A stretch of 64,000 nucleotides of DNA from Mobula hypostoma. Lineage: Eukaryota. The notes below the pieces were generated by a model that saw nothing but the letters and a program-made list of their open reading frames with translations, was not told the DNA's origin and searched no databases. Position numbers and translations under genes: made by a program. Positions 25,217-38,212 of this stretch are shown in pieces. The stretch spans positions 12,958,001-13,022,000 of the forward strand of contig NC_086109.1 in the NCBI RefSeq assembly GCF_963921235.1, written 5' to 3'. The stretch's first letter is position 1. Each line of letters starts with the position of its first letter.

Positions 25217-25465
25217 GGGGATGGCACGGTAGCGTAGCGGTTAGCGTTACGTTATTACAGCGCCAGTGACCTGGGTTCAGTTCCACTCCTGTTTGTAAGG
25301 AGTTTGTATGTTCTCCCAGTGACTGAGTAGATCTCCTTTGGGTGCTCCGATTTCCTCCCACGTTCCAAAGAGGTTAGTAGGTTAATTTGGTCATATCGGT
25401 TTAATTGGGTAGTACGGGTTTATTGGGCCAGAATGGCCTGTTTCTATGCTGTATCTCTAAATAAG
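25217..25465 (+). mobile_element. HE1/V-SINE-like SINE with CR1-like 3' tail
   Basis: GGCACGGTAGCGTAGCGGTTAGC head, GGGTGCTCCGATTTCCTCCCACGTTCCAAAGA core. The tail GGGCCAGAATGGCCTGTTTCT matches the CR1 3' ends in this window. Confidence 0.85.
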
Positions 25466-26403
25466 TAAATATCTGTTCTGCGCTTACCTCACCCACCCAT
25501 TTTCTCACCCTACCCCTCAATTCTGACACCAGTATGAATAGTCTATTGACTCTTAGGTCTGTTATTAACAATCCTTGTTTGTGATATTTTCCACAATTTT
25601 CAACATGCGTGGTAAATGCAGGTTGGAAATTGTTCAAGGAACCTGCTCCCTTATGGGCATCATGTTCTCTCCAAGAGCTGTACCTTCAGAGAACTGTGTG
25701 TTCCTCTTGTGCATCCTCCACTCTCAGAATCCCACTACCAATGGCAGTCGCTTCAGCTGTCCAAATCCCACACACTGGACTCAACTCCATGAACTCCTGC
25801 AATTCTGTCCTCTTAACTTTTGATCGTTAAAGATGCAGCAGAGTAACAGTCCTCCTGGCCCACGAGCCTAATTCTCATTTATTTTCAACCTCTTCTCTTA
25901 CTGAACCCCTGTGAAACACCTAGGACCAGTTTAGTGTGTTGGTGTCGTAAAGCAACATGCTGTTCTTGTACATTTAGTAGCGGGTCCTCACTAAGGATCA
26001 CTGCTACTGAGTCATAAGCTGTTATCAAATATTCTGGAAAATTATAATTTACAAGCTGATTGAAAGGATCAAGGTTTATTTAAAGAGTGAAATCTGAGGG
26101 TGATCTGTTAGACGTCTGCGAGACTATCCGATTGTTTTATAGAGTAGTGAAGGTGCTTCCACATACAGATGAGAATAGAACTCAAGCTATAAACATAAGA
26201 TGGATACTTTTAAAAATCCAGGAACTTAAGACCATAAAACCATAAGGCGCAGAAGCAGAATTAGGCTTTAGGCTCATCAAGACTGCTCTGCCCCTCAATC
26301 ATGGCTGATTTGTTTATCTTTTCATCTCATGTTCCTGCCTTTTCCCTGTAACCTTTCACATCCATCAGTCATAGATACATTGTGAATTTATTCTTTATTT
26401 CAG

Positions 26404-26590
26404 GAAATGGCCACGTTGGAAGAAAATATCATTTATACAGATCTACACCATGTTCAAAACGCTGAGGCAGCTGCCCAATTGGCTAACAATGAAAATTGAA
26501 TTGTGTATGCAGATGTGAAATATAAAAGGTAATCAAGAGCAGTACACTCCGTTACTGATGAGGACAACGTTATCGATGCAGATATCAAAA
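26404..26590 (+). CDS. Locus A terminal exon with three tandem ITIM-like repeats, truncated by stops
   Basis: TTCTTTATTTCAG acceptor. Reads EMATLEENIIYTDLHH...ENEN-type repeat then TGA(26497) IVYADVKYKR TAA(26530) SRAVHSVTDEDNVIDADIK. IIYTDL and IVYADV fit (I/V/L/S)xYxx(L/V). Confidence 0.85.
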
Positions 26591-26723
26591 CCAACCCGCA
26601 AACCCCTAACAGAAAGCTTTCTTTCCCGGTACTGCACAGGAAACTTGTGTTGATTTTTAGGGAAATTGCTTACTTCAATCTACATTGTTTATTTCTCCAT
26701 CCTTGACTTATTGTTGTATTATA

Positions 26724-27652
26724 TATTTGGTGACCACTTTATTAGGTACCTCCTGTACCTCATAAAGTGGCCACTGAATGTATGTTTGTAGGCTTCTGCT
26801 GCTGTAGCCCATCCACTTCAACATTTGATGTGCTGTGCATTGAGAGATGTACTTCTGCATACCACTGTTGTAACGCATGGTTATTTAAGTTACTGTTGCC
26901 GTCCTGTCAGCTTGAACCAGTCTGGCCATTGTCCTCTATCGGACCTCTGTTTATTTTCTGATCCTTAGGGTTCTTCTGGGGGTCAGGAATGATGAGCAAT
27001 CTTAATTCTAATGATCACCTATTTTAAAGTACAAGCACACATACAAATACTCAGCAAACTAAATAAAGAGTGGAGAAACATTGCAAAGAGGTAAATGAAC
27101 AGCAAAGAATGCAAAGACAAGAAGATTGTGCCTCTGAAACACCCATCACTTTTATAGTTAAGGAAAATTTCTCAGATAAAGATAAACTAATTTATAGACT
27201 ACATCATGTGGGTAATGTGCTAATACTTAGCCCAATGAAAAATGAGAAAGCTGATACACTGTTAGCTTAACTGCTATACCGCTTTCTGCCAATAAGTGCC
27301 AGTGAGTAGTGATGAATCACCACATACTGTGAAAAATACATGAATTGTTGAAAAGTACAAATCTTCTATAAAAGTGTTATTTTAAAAAGCAGTGGTTTCC
27401 AACACCTCTGACCTCTCTCATTAGCAAACTTTTGCACTCACAGAACTGCCGCTCACTGGATGTTTTTTGTTCTGTAACATTTCTTCCACATTCCAATGTT
27501 TGATCTGAACAAGAACTGAACCTCTTGACCATGTCTGCATGCTTTTATGCAATGCATTTATGCATTGAGTTGCTGCCTGGCTGATTGGCTGATCAGATAT
27601 TTGCATTAACGATTTGGTGTATAGTTGTATCTAATAAAGTGGCCACTGAGTG
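26724..27652. mobile_element. Tc1/mariner-type MITE with about 455 bp of unrelated internal sequence
   Basis: Inverted termini TATTTGGTGACCACTTTATTAGGTAC and GTATCTAATAAAGTGGCCACTGAGTG, flanked by TA at 26722 and 27653. A related copy lies at about 46125. Confidence 0.7.
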
Positions 27653-29244
27653 TAATTCTTCTGCCTTAATCTATCCACATAATAACTTTGTCAAGCTTAT
27701 TCTGAAATGCTTCTTCCACACACGCTTCCCCCACCCCCAACACTTTTCCGGTTCTCCTTCATCAGCAAGTGTAACCAACTGGCAATGAGGGTCTGAGTCT
27801 GGATCATCGATATGTTACTGCCCAATATACTGCTGGCATTTAGAGCAGCAATGAAGGTCCTCCATCTCTCATGATTTTCAGGGCTTCCTTCATCATGTCG
27901 GTAGCCTCCCCATGGTCTTCACTGCCATCAGCCATGCAAGTCCCGTTGGAGGCTCTGGAATACCATCGTACCAGATGTAGAAGGAAACTTCATTGCTCTT
28001 TCCGTAACAATTTTGTTTCACCAGTCAGTGTTCTTAGCCCTGAGCTGAACCCCTGAAACTGGAGGACCAGTGGACCGCTCTGAGTCTGTCCTCCACACTT
28101 TAACCTGTTTGACATAGGTGACCCTATCAAGAGGCAAAGTATAATGCCTTGATTCCAGTCAACATAGCTCTTGGGGTCATTGTGGCACACATACCTACAA
28201 ACCACAGCAAGGTTGTAGTCCTCTCGGAGGCTAGATCATTTCTACAAATGTCAAAATGCTCTTGTCCCTCATTCTGACTTCTACAATATCCACCCTGACA
28301 CCCCACTCCCAACCACCCCCTCTTCAATCATAATTTCTTTCAGGCATTTATCTTGTCCTAATTACATAGAGTTTTGGTAAAACTGCATCTGGACCACTTT
28401 GTACAAGTCTGGTTCTTCCCACCTAAGGAAGGATACACTTACAATGGATTGAGTACAGCAAAGATTCCCCAGAAAAATTCTTGGGGATTTGAATCTGTTA
28501 TATAATGAAAGATTGCTGTATGAGACTGCTTGGAATTCTACTTTCTCAACTTAGAGGCAATCTCAGTGAAACAAAGAATATAGAATATAGGTCATACAGG
28601 GTATAACACAGGGAAAGGCCCTGTGATTCATCCTGTCTGTGCTGACCATTATTCCAATCTAACTAATCCCATCTGCCCACACATGTTCTTACCTGTCCAT
28701 GTGTCTGTTTAAATACCATTTCAATGTTGCTATTGTATCTGCTTCCACCACGTCCCTTGGTAGACCATTCCAGGCGCCATTTATACTCCCTGTGTATCAA
28801 AAAATGCCTCCTCCATCTCCTTTAAAGTTTTCTACTGCTCACCTAAATGCAAGTCCTTTGGTATTTTAGACTTTTACCAAGGGAACTATGACTATCTCCC
28901 CTATCTATGTCTTCCATAGTTTTATACTCTTCCACTAGCTCGCCCCTCAGGCTCTGACACTCCAACTTGTCCAAGCTGTCCATATAGATATTATACACTA
29001 ATCCAGGCCAAACCATGGTTAACCTCTATTGCACCAGCTCCGAAGCCTCCACATAATTTCTACAGTGTGAAGACCAAAACTACACTCAATTACTCCAAAT
29101 GTTGATAAAGTTTTACACAGTTGCAACATGACTTCCCAACTTTCATACTCAATGGTAGCAAGCATGCCATACACTGCCTTTACTGCCCTGTTCACTTGCA
29201 TTGTTACTTTCGGGAGCTGTGCACTTGCATGCCACAATCCCATT

Positions 29245-30187
29245 GTAGATCAGTGCTCCAAAGGGTCCTGCCAGTCACAACATAATTTTGTATTGCATTT
29301 GACCTCCCAAAATGTAACACTTCGTGCATGTGGGTCACTCGGTGGGAGAGCATTTTGAAGACAGTGATCACAATGCTATCTCCTTTACCATAGCATTGAA
29401 GAGGGATAGGAGCAGACAACTTAGGAAAATGTTTAAATGGAGTAAGAGAAAACATGAAGCTATCAGACAGGAACTTGGAAGCATAAATTGGGAACAAATG
29501 TTCTCAGGGATATGTACGGCAGAAATGTGGCAAATGTTCGGGGGATATTTGCATGGCGTTCTACATAGGTATGTTCCAATGAGACAGGGAAAGGATGATA
29601 GGGTACAGGAGCCGTGGTGTACAAAGGCTGTTGATAATCTAGTCAAGAAGAAAAGAAAAGCTTACGAAAGGTTCCAAAAACTAGGTAATGATGAAGATCT
29701 AGAAAATTATAAGGCTAGCAGGAAGGAGCTTAAGAATGAAATTAGGAGAGCCAGAAGGGGCCATGAGAAGTCCCTGGCGAGCAGGATTAAGGAAAACCCC
29801 AAGGCATTCTACAAGTATATGAAGAGCAAGAGGATAAGACGTGAAAGAATAGGACCAATTAAGTGTGACAGTGGAAAAACGTGTATGGAACCGGAGGAGG
29901 CAGCAGAGGTACTTAATGAATACTTTGCTTCAGTATTCGCTACAGAATAGGACCTTGGCAATTGTAGGGATGACTTACAGCGGACTGAAAAACTTGAGCA
30001 TATAGACATTAAGAAAGAGGATGTACTGGAGCTTTTGGAAAGCATCAAGTTGGATAAACTACCGGGACCAGAGGAGATATACCCCAGGCTACTGTGGGAG
30101 GCAAGGGATGAGACTGCTGAGCTTCTGGCAATGATTTTTGCATCATCAAAGGGAATGGGAGAGGTTCCCTAGGATTGGAGAGTTGCA
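29245..30187 (+). mobile_element. CR1 ORF2 fragment (between endonuclease and RT)
   Basis: ORF 29324-29950 (DSDHNAISF, ENPKAFYKY, LNEYFASVF). Further decayed minus-strand CR1 sequence lies at about 28570-29245. Confidence 0.85.
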
Positions 30188-32548
30188 GAAGGAGATGAGT
30201 TATTAACTTCAAACTTTCTGCATAATCGCTCAAAGAGTTGAACTGCACATACATGTAACAAGAGCTGTATAACTCATCTCCTTCTACCTTAGGCCATGAA
30301 CATGTCAATCACCCCTGCTGTGGACCACTTTCTGGAGGTCCAAGGTGCCGAGTTCTACAAAAAAGGGATCCATATGCTCCACGACTGCTGGACGAAATGT
30401 GTAAATGTAGGAGGGGACTATGTTGAAAAATAAATGGGCGAAGGGGCACGAGACAGGGTTGCGCATGGTCACCGCTACTCTTCGCATTATATCTAGAACC
30501 ATTAGCTCAATACATCAGACGAAATAAAGATATCAGGGGAATTACTATTAAAGAAACAGAGCATAAATTGGCCTGTTACGCGGATGACATTTTGATCTAT
30601 CTAGGGCAACCAACATACTCTTTACCTAAATTGATGCAATCCTAAATTGATAAAAGATCAACATAGATAAAACACAACTACTTTCATATAACTATAGCCC
30701 ACCAAGAAAAATTGAAAGTAGATATCCTTGGGCATGGCAAACAGAGTCTATCAAATATTTGGGCATCATTATGCCAAAAGATTTGGCAAAATTATCGGAA
30801 TGTAATTATCAGCCTATATATAAAAAAAATTAAGGAAGATATATCAAGATGGAACCCAATTCCTTTTCTTGGTCTCAGTTCAAGGATTGAATCTATAAAA
30901 ATGAATGTACTGGCCAGACTACTATACCTCTTTCAGACCCTACCAATAGAGATTAACCAAAATCAATTCAATGAATGGAACAAGATGCTATCAAGGTATA
31001 TATCGCAAGGTAAAAGGTCTAGGGTTTGTCTCAAAACTTTGCAATTAGCCAAGGAAAAGGGGGGCGGGGGGACGAGGCCTACCTTCTCGTAGAGATTACT
31101 ATTTTGCAGCACAGGTGAGAGGTGAGAGCTGGTGCAACCCATCATATAACGCTCAATGGAAAAACATTGAGGAGAGGATACTCTCCATCCCCATACAGGC
31201 AATTTTGGCTGATAACAACCTACAAAGTTACATAAATAATATTGACAACCTGTGGGTGAAATGGACTCTTAAAATATGGAAAGCTATTATAAAATAATAT
31301 AAACTAGAGAGAGACGCTGCAATTCTTAAATGGTGTGCATATGACTTGGATTTTACGCCAAATAAACTGGATGCTAGATTTAAGGACTGGACAGCTAAAG
31401 GAATAAAAGCTATTTGCAATGTAATGAAAGAAGGAACATTGTTCAGTTTTGAAATGCTCAAAGAGAAACACTTATTAGAAAAACAAGACTTTTACCGGTA
31501 TTTACAGATGTGACAGCATGTTAATAGGATGGTTAAAAATGTAACCAAGGCAAGTACATGTCTGATAGAGCTATTTAGAAAAGCATATAATTCAGACAAC
31601 GGTAGTAAAATAATTTCAAGCGTGTCAAATCTTAAAACACATTTGACTTCATACATTAAAACAAAATGGGAGAAGGAAGGAGGGATAATAATATCTGAGG
31701 AAGTCTGGAGAATAATATGGAGATATCAATGGAAGTCTACCAGTTCACAGAAATGGAGGGAGTTCGGGTGGAAAAACTTGATAAGATATTTTATTACACC
31801 CTCTCAGAAATCCCATTATGATAGTAACCTCCCCCCCCCCCAGTTTTCTGGAGAAATTGTGGAAATTAAATGCAAACCATTATCATATTTTCTGGGAATG
31901 CCCCGTTATCAAAGACTATTGAAGCGGGATACATAATGCCCTACAAGACATCTTTAAATGTGAAATACCCTTGGAGAGTAACACCATATATTTTGGGTAT
32001 GTACCTCAAGAATGGTGGAAAAGAGATAAATATTCAATGAATGTACTGCTGGTGGCTGGTAAAAAGACACTTACAAGGAAATGGTTATCACAGGAGAGCC
32101 CAACTTTAAATGTATGGATGGAAATTACGATGGACATTTACAAAATGGAGAAGACAGCAGCATCTGTTAATCATAAGTTGGAACAATTTTATTCAAACTG
32201 GAAAAAATGGTTTAACTACATAACACCTCATAGGCCTGATTTTATTCTCACAAGTCAATGAATATGTTGTAAAAAAAAGATCACTGCCTACTTTGTACAT
32301 AGATTTCTTCTTTCAATTGTTCTTTCTTTCCTCTCCTTTCTATAAGTGTATACCTCAGATAAATATAATGTGGAGATATGTGACAATTATGATTATATGA
32401 TATATATGTACAGTATCTGAAATACATCTTATGGAAATGTTTGATGATGAAATTCAATTAAAAATAAATTACAAAAAAAAATGTGCTAGGTTTTCTAAAA
32501 TTGACTCCTTCTACCTTAGGCCAGGGAACTTATCAATCACCCCTCGTA
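30188..32548. mobile_element. Mariner-derived MITE split by an L1 insertion
   Basis: Right terminus CTCCTTCTACCTTAGGCCAGGGAACTTATCAATCACCCCTCG followed by TA; an internal copy of the TIR at about 30273-30315; a transposase C-terminal remnant (GGDYVEK) at about 30410. The left TIR is truncated. Confidence 0.7.
30437..32478 (+). mobile_element. 5'-truncated L1-clade LINE (different family from 1988-4750)
   Basis: Starts inside RT ([17 protein letters not shown]) with broken ORF2 fragments 30712-32261. It ends in a poly(A) tail; AAATG is duplicated at 30432-30436 and 32479-32483. Confidence 0.9.
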
Positions 32549-32759
32549 TTGTTGTCTTTTTGTTTACAAAGTATGAAACATCACTGTACTGATGTTCGAA
32601 GAGAGCAGAAATATGTTCTCTAGATCTGCTGTGTTGAATAAATTTCTTTCGTATCTCACACGTTCGGTTTCCATGTGGCTCAGTTCTGCACTCACAACGA
32701 TCTCGTAGAGTTACAGAGCAACACAGCATGGATAAAGGCCTTTCGGCCCAGCCTGTCCA

Positions 32760-33490
32760 TGCTGACCACACAGGACCCCCCAGCAGGGCCCATTTCAGGT
32801 GGGAGAAGTCGAGTGAACACACATCAGTGCACAGCGAAGGATCAGCAGTGGAAAGGATGAGCAGTTTCAAGTTCCTCAGTGCCAACATTTCTGAAGATCT
32901 ATCCTGGGCCCAAGATATTGAGGCAATTACAAAGGAGGCATGACATTAGAAGTTTGAGGACACTTGGTATGTCATCAATGACACTCACAGATTTCTACAA
33001 ATGTATGATGGAGAGTATTCTAACTGGTTGCATCACCATTTGGTATGGAGGGGCCATAACGCAGGATCCAAAAAATCTTCAGAATGTTGTAATCAAAAGC
33101 AACTCCATCATGGGCAGCAGCCTCCTCAGCATTGAGGACACCTTCAAAAGGCAATGCCTCAAAAAGGCAGCATCCATCATTAAGGACCCCCATTACCTAG
33201 GACATGCCCACTTCTCATTGCTACCATCAAGGAGGAGGTACAGGAGCCTTAAGGCAAACTCTCAAAGTTTCAGAAGCAGCTTCTTCCCCTTTGTCATCAG
33301 ATTACTGAATGGACCATGAACCCATAAACAGTACCTCACTATTTTCTTCTCTTTTTGCATTATTTATTTAATTTTATTTTCTTCATATATACTTCTTGCA
33401 ATTTACAGTTTTGTATTATTATGTATACCAATGTACCTCTGATGCAAAACAACCCATTTCATGGCATAGGGCAGTGATATTAAATGTGAT
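32760..33490 (+). mobile_element. Rex1/Babar-clade LINE 3' fragment
   Basis: ORF 32879-33319: FYKCMMESILTGCITIWYG...LLPSRRRYRS...SFFPFVIRLLN, the characteristic Rex1/Babar RT C-terminus. (GATTCT)n tail. Confidence 0.8.
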
Positions 33491-33814
33491 TCTGATTCTG
33501 ATTTCCTACATTCAGCCCAGATCTGTGAGCTCTGCCCCTCCATGTACCCATCCAAGTGTTTCTTAAATGGTGCTTTTGTACCTGCCTCAATCACTTTCTC
33601 TAGAAGACTCCACAACTCAAACCTCTGCTGCCCTGCAGCTATACTCACTCATGGGTAAGGTTTGGGGAGTATCCAGAGCTGGTGTCCCTATTCCAGTCCT
33701 ATGCTGAGTTCAATGCTGATTGGCAACTCTTGTGAGGCCGCTGGAGAGGGGAAGCCTGCAATGTGGGCAACAGTAGGCACGGGACATTACAGAGACCGGA
33801 AAATGCTGGAAATG

Positions 33815-34063
33815 CAGAGAAATTATTTTAGTCATAGGGTGGTAAATCTGTGGAATTTGTTGCCACAAGCGGCTGTGGAGGCCAAGTCATTGGGTGCATT
33901 TAAGGCAGAGATAGATTGGTTCTTGATTAGCCAGGGCATTAAAGGGTATGGGGAGAAGGCAGGGGAGTGGGGATGAGTGGAAGAATTGGTTCAGCCATGA
34001 TTGAATGGTGCAGCAGAATTGATGGGCCGAATGGCCCACTTCTACTCCTATTTCTTATGGTCT
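33815..34063 (+). mobile_element. Young CR1 3' end fragment
   Basis: RNYFSHRVVNLWNLLP motif; 3'UTR GATGGGCCGAATGGCC...TTCTTATGGTCT. Confidence 0.85.
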
Positions 34064-34854
34064 AAATACTCAGCAGGTCAGGCTGCAACTGTGGAAATGG
34101 AAACAGTGAATATTTCAGACCTGACACCCTTTGACTTAAATCAATAACCCTGTTTCATTTCCCAGAGATTCTGCCTGACATACACAAATTTCCCAGCACT
34201 TTCTGTTTATGTATTAGATTTCCAACATCTGCCATTTTCTTGTTCATTCGAATGATCAGTGTTTTGGGTTTAGTGCAACCTTTCTGTAGCAGAAATGGAA
34301 AAGTATGTGCAGATATGTAAAGACAGAAAATACTCATAAATACAGCATATTCAGCAATATTGGGGTGTAGAACGACAGACACACTGCATAGGTCCAATAG
34401 TATCCATGGAGGCAAAAGGTTTTCCAGCTGGAAGCCCTGCTACAGGGCTGGAGGGTGGGGGGAGGAAAGGAGCAGAATCCAAACTACAGTAGTGAGTGTT
34501 TAGGCAGGAGAGAACAGAGCTGAGGACACATCTTGGTCTGGCACCAGTGGTGAGGATAATCTTTGCAGAGAATGTTCCTGCCTAGGAAACATTAATTTGT
34601 GGAAGGATGTAATTGTATAATAATGACACGTATTTGCAAGCAGGCTTTTTCCACTGAGGTTGGGGGTGGGAGTACAAGCAGAGGTCATGGGTTAAAAAGA
34701 GAAAGACGAGAAGTTTCAGGGGAACATGAGGGGAAACTTTTTCACTCGGAGGGTCATGAGGGTGTGGAATGAGCTGCCAGCACAAAGGTCCGCGCAAGCT
34801 TGATTACAATGTTTAAGAGAAGTTTGGATAGGCACAGAATCTCCTACTTGTCCT

Positions 34855-36650
34855 ATTTTGTAGAAATGGAATGAGAAAGAGACACTAGCATGAAAATTTC
34901 CAGTCACTATACAAAGGTCTTAAAGGAGGCAAGCAATGGAAATAAAAGTTGGGTGCTGAATAAAATGAGTGAGCTGCAAATTATTGCAGCTTGCTTTGGT
35001 CATCAGGACGTGAATCTGCAAATAGAAGGAGTAACTTTTCTCAGTTCCTATCTGTGACTGTGACCCATTAATGTAAAATAAAGGGTCTTGAAAAGGAGAG
35101 AAGGTGAACTGTATAGTAGTGTGACATGTATAGTGACATGTTCATAATTTGATAATAAATTTAATTTGTATTTTGAACTTTGAAATGCCTCACTGACAAG
35201 GAGGAATATGGCACAATATCCTTCACCTGCTGTGTGAGGATGTGAAGCAAAAACACCAGAACCTGATGGAGCTCATCACCTCTTCAGGTCAGGGTTATCT
35301 ACCGGGTGTTAATTATCTGCAGATAGCTCTAGATGCAGTGCTCCCACTTGTGAATCCAGACCTGTTTCACCCAAGCTCATTAATGGTCTGAGGGATAGAA
35401 CTTGCTATATATTTTCTGCTGCAAAACTACAAATTTCACATCAGAAGACAGTGAAAATAAACCTGATTCTGATTCTGAAAGGGACTCTTTCCCTTTCCAA
35501 GCACATCCCAAAGCAATCCACAAAGATTACGGCTGGAACTTCTGAGCTCATGAGACAGTATTCAGGGTAGTTCCAATGGATGCCTCACGTCAACAAGTTG
35601 TTGCATCACCTTCTTGCATTGCTGCATCACTTAAGGCCATAGACCACAAGACGATGCAACAGGAACAGAATTAGGCCATTCAGCCTATTGAGTCTGCTCC
35701 ACCAATCTATAATGGCTGATTTATTATCCACCTCAGCCCCATTCTCCCCATAACCTACGACAATCAAGAATCTATCAACATCCACTTTAAATATACCCAA
35801 TCACTTGGCCTCTGTGGCAATGCATTTCCCAGATTCACCACCAAGGAATTTCACCTCATCTCTGATCTCAAGGAATGTTATTGTATTGAGGCTGTGTCGT
35901 CAGGTCTGAGACTTCCCACCAATGGAAACATCCTCTCCAGACACACTCCATCAAGGTTCCAGGCCCTTCACTACTCTGGAGGTTTCAATGAAACTTCCCC
36001 CTCATTCTTCCAAACTCCAGCAGGTACGGGCCAAGAGCCTTTAAACACTCCTTATATGTTAACCCTTTCATTTCTGTGATCATTCTCATGAACCTCCTCT
36101 GGACCCTTTCCAAATACAGCATCTCCTTTCATAGATAGGGGTTCCAAAACTGTTCACCATATTCCAAGAGCGGTCTGACTAATATCTTATCAATCCTCAG
36201 TTCCTGAATAACTTCCCAGCAACCGACTGGAAAAAAAAATTATGATTCCATCATTGTATTTACAGGTGTGCACAGGATTTGGATTAGGTTAAACACGTTG
36301 GTTAAATGGCCTTTATACTTCTCTTCACCAAATTGTTATAGACGTTCAGTGATCAAGTTGCTGAAACAAAAATACTTCACTGAAGATGATTTGTATCTCT
36401 GCACTTGTTCACATCAGCATATTGAACCATGGTTGTTGAGAAGTTTTCCAAGAAGTGATGGGGCAATGCAGAAAGTGACTGTGCAATAGGTCAATGTGTA
36501 GCAACCATTGGTACTTCTCTATATTCTGTTTGGTAAGATAAGGAAAAAAGACATAAATTCTAACCACATCCTTCAGTGAGGGTGAATATTACACAGATGA
36601 CAGGAGTGACTGATGGAATAGAGTCATCACTCATACTATACAAGGTATAA
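34855..36650 (+). repeat. Segmental duplication block 2, copy 2 (paralog 9040-11470)
   Basis: Colinear with copy 1, including the shared CR1 3' fragment and the inverted-repeat arms. Confidence 0.85.
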
Positions 36651-38212
36651 TTTACAAACAGAGGCAATATGTTGTGAGGACAGGGCAGAATTAGAAACAG
36701 AAACACAGAAAACATACAGCACAATACAGGCCCTTCAGCCCACAAAGCTGTGCCGAACATGACCCTACTATAGAACTACCTAGGCTTTACCCATAGCCCT
36801 CTATTTTTCTAAGCTCCATGTAGCTGTCCAGGAGTCTCCTAGAAAGACCCTATCGTTTCCGCCTCCACCACCATCGCTGGCAACCCATTCCACGAACTCA
36901 CCACTCTCTGCATAAAAAGCTTACCCCTGACATCTCCTCTGTACCTACATCCAAGCACCTTAAAACTATGCCCTCTCATGCTAGTAATTTCAATCCTGGC
37001 GAAAAGCCCCTGACTATCCACATGATCAATGCCTCTCATTATCTTGTACACCTCTATCAAGTCACCTCTCATCCTCCATCACTCCAAGGAGAAAACGCCC
37101 AGTTCACTCAGCCTAATCTCATAAGGCATGCTCCCCAATCCAGACAACATCCTTCTAAATCTCCTCTGCACCCTTTCTATAGTTTCCACGTCCTTCCTAT
37201 AGTGAGGCAACCAGAATTGAGCACAGTACTCCAAGTGGGGTCCGACCAGGCTCCTATATAGCTGCAACATTACCTCTCAACTCTTAAACTCAATCCTACA
37301 ATTGATGAAGGCCAATACACCGTAAGCCTTCTTAACCACAGAGTCAACCTGCATAGCAGCAGTGAGTGTCCTACAGACTAGGACCCCAAGATCCCTCTGA
37401 TCCTCCACACTGCCAAGAGTCTTACCATTAATATGATATTCTGCCATCATATTTGACCTACCAAAATGAACCACCTCACACTTATCTGGGTTGAACTCCA
37501 TCTGCCACTTCTCAGCCCAGTTTTGCGCCTTATCAACGTCCCGTTGTAACCTCTAACAGCCCTCCACACTATCCACAACACCCCCAACCTTTGTGTCATC
37601 TGCAAATTTACTAACCCATCCCTCCACTTCCTCATCCAAGTCATTTATAAAAATCAAAAAGAGTAGGGGTCCCAAAACAGATCCTTGAGGCACACCACTG
37701 GTCACCAGCCTCCATGCAGAATATGACCCATCTACAACCACCCTTTGCCTTCTATGGGAAACCAAGTTCTGGATCCATAAAGCAATGTCCCCTTGGATCC
37801 CATGCCTCCTTATTTTCTCAATAAGCCTTGCATGGGTACCTTATCAAATGCCTTGCTAAAATCCATATACACTACATATACACTAAATCCTGCTTCAGGT
37901 TTGATTCAAAGAAGGAAGTCTGAGAGTCGGAGCGGGAGTGCGGAGGAAGACATTTTTGAAATTTTCGGTTTTTTTCTCCATCGGCGTTCAGAGAGGCGGG
38001 ACTGCGCAGGCGTGTGACGTCGGGCAGTGCAGCGTAGCAGATTTAAAAGGAACAGAGCCTCATACAGCGGGCAGCGTAGTTTGCGGGCTGCGGAGTGAGC
38101 CGGGAGCAAAGTGAAGGCTTAAGGGCTTCGGCTCAACAGGCTTAGGCGGAAACGGGCGAGGCGAGGAAGGTTTGGCATTCATTTTCTGTTGTTATTTGAG
38201 GAGAGGGGCAGC

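Larger units (their letters stand above)
13147..26590 (+). pseudogene. Locus A: disrupted ITIM-type inhibitory CD300/pIgR-like receptor (V, stalk, TM, cyt1, ITIM exon), no leader found
   Basis: Five exon-like segments with GT-AG borders in the expected order. No signal-peptide exon was found upstream in the window. The TM is split between two frames, the TM/cyt1 junction forms TGA, and the ITIM exon has two in-frame stops. Confidence 0.72.

Noticed and set aside
25217-25290. tRNA-like heads here and at 17650, 23254 and 48930
   Set aside because: These are SINE promoters followed by SINE cores and LINE-like tails, not tRNA genes.
36340-36480. Minus-strand ITIM-like VQYADV in block 2 copy 2
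   Set aside because: The paralogous copy reads VQYADE, the frame differs from the better-conserved arm frame, and no supporting minus-strand exons were found.
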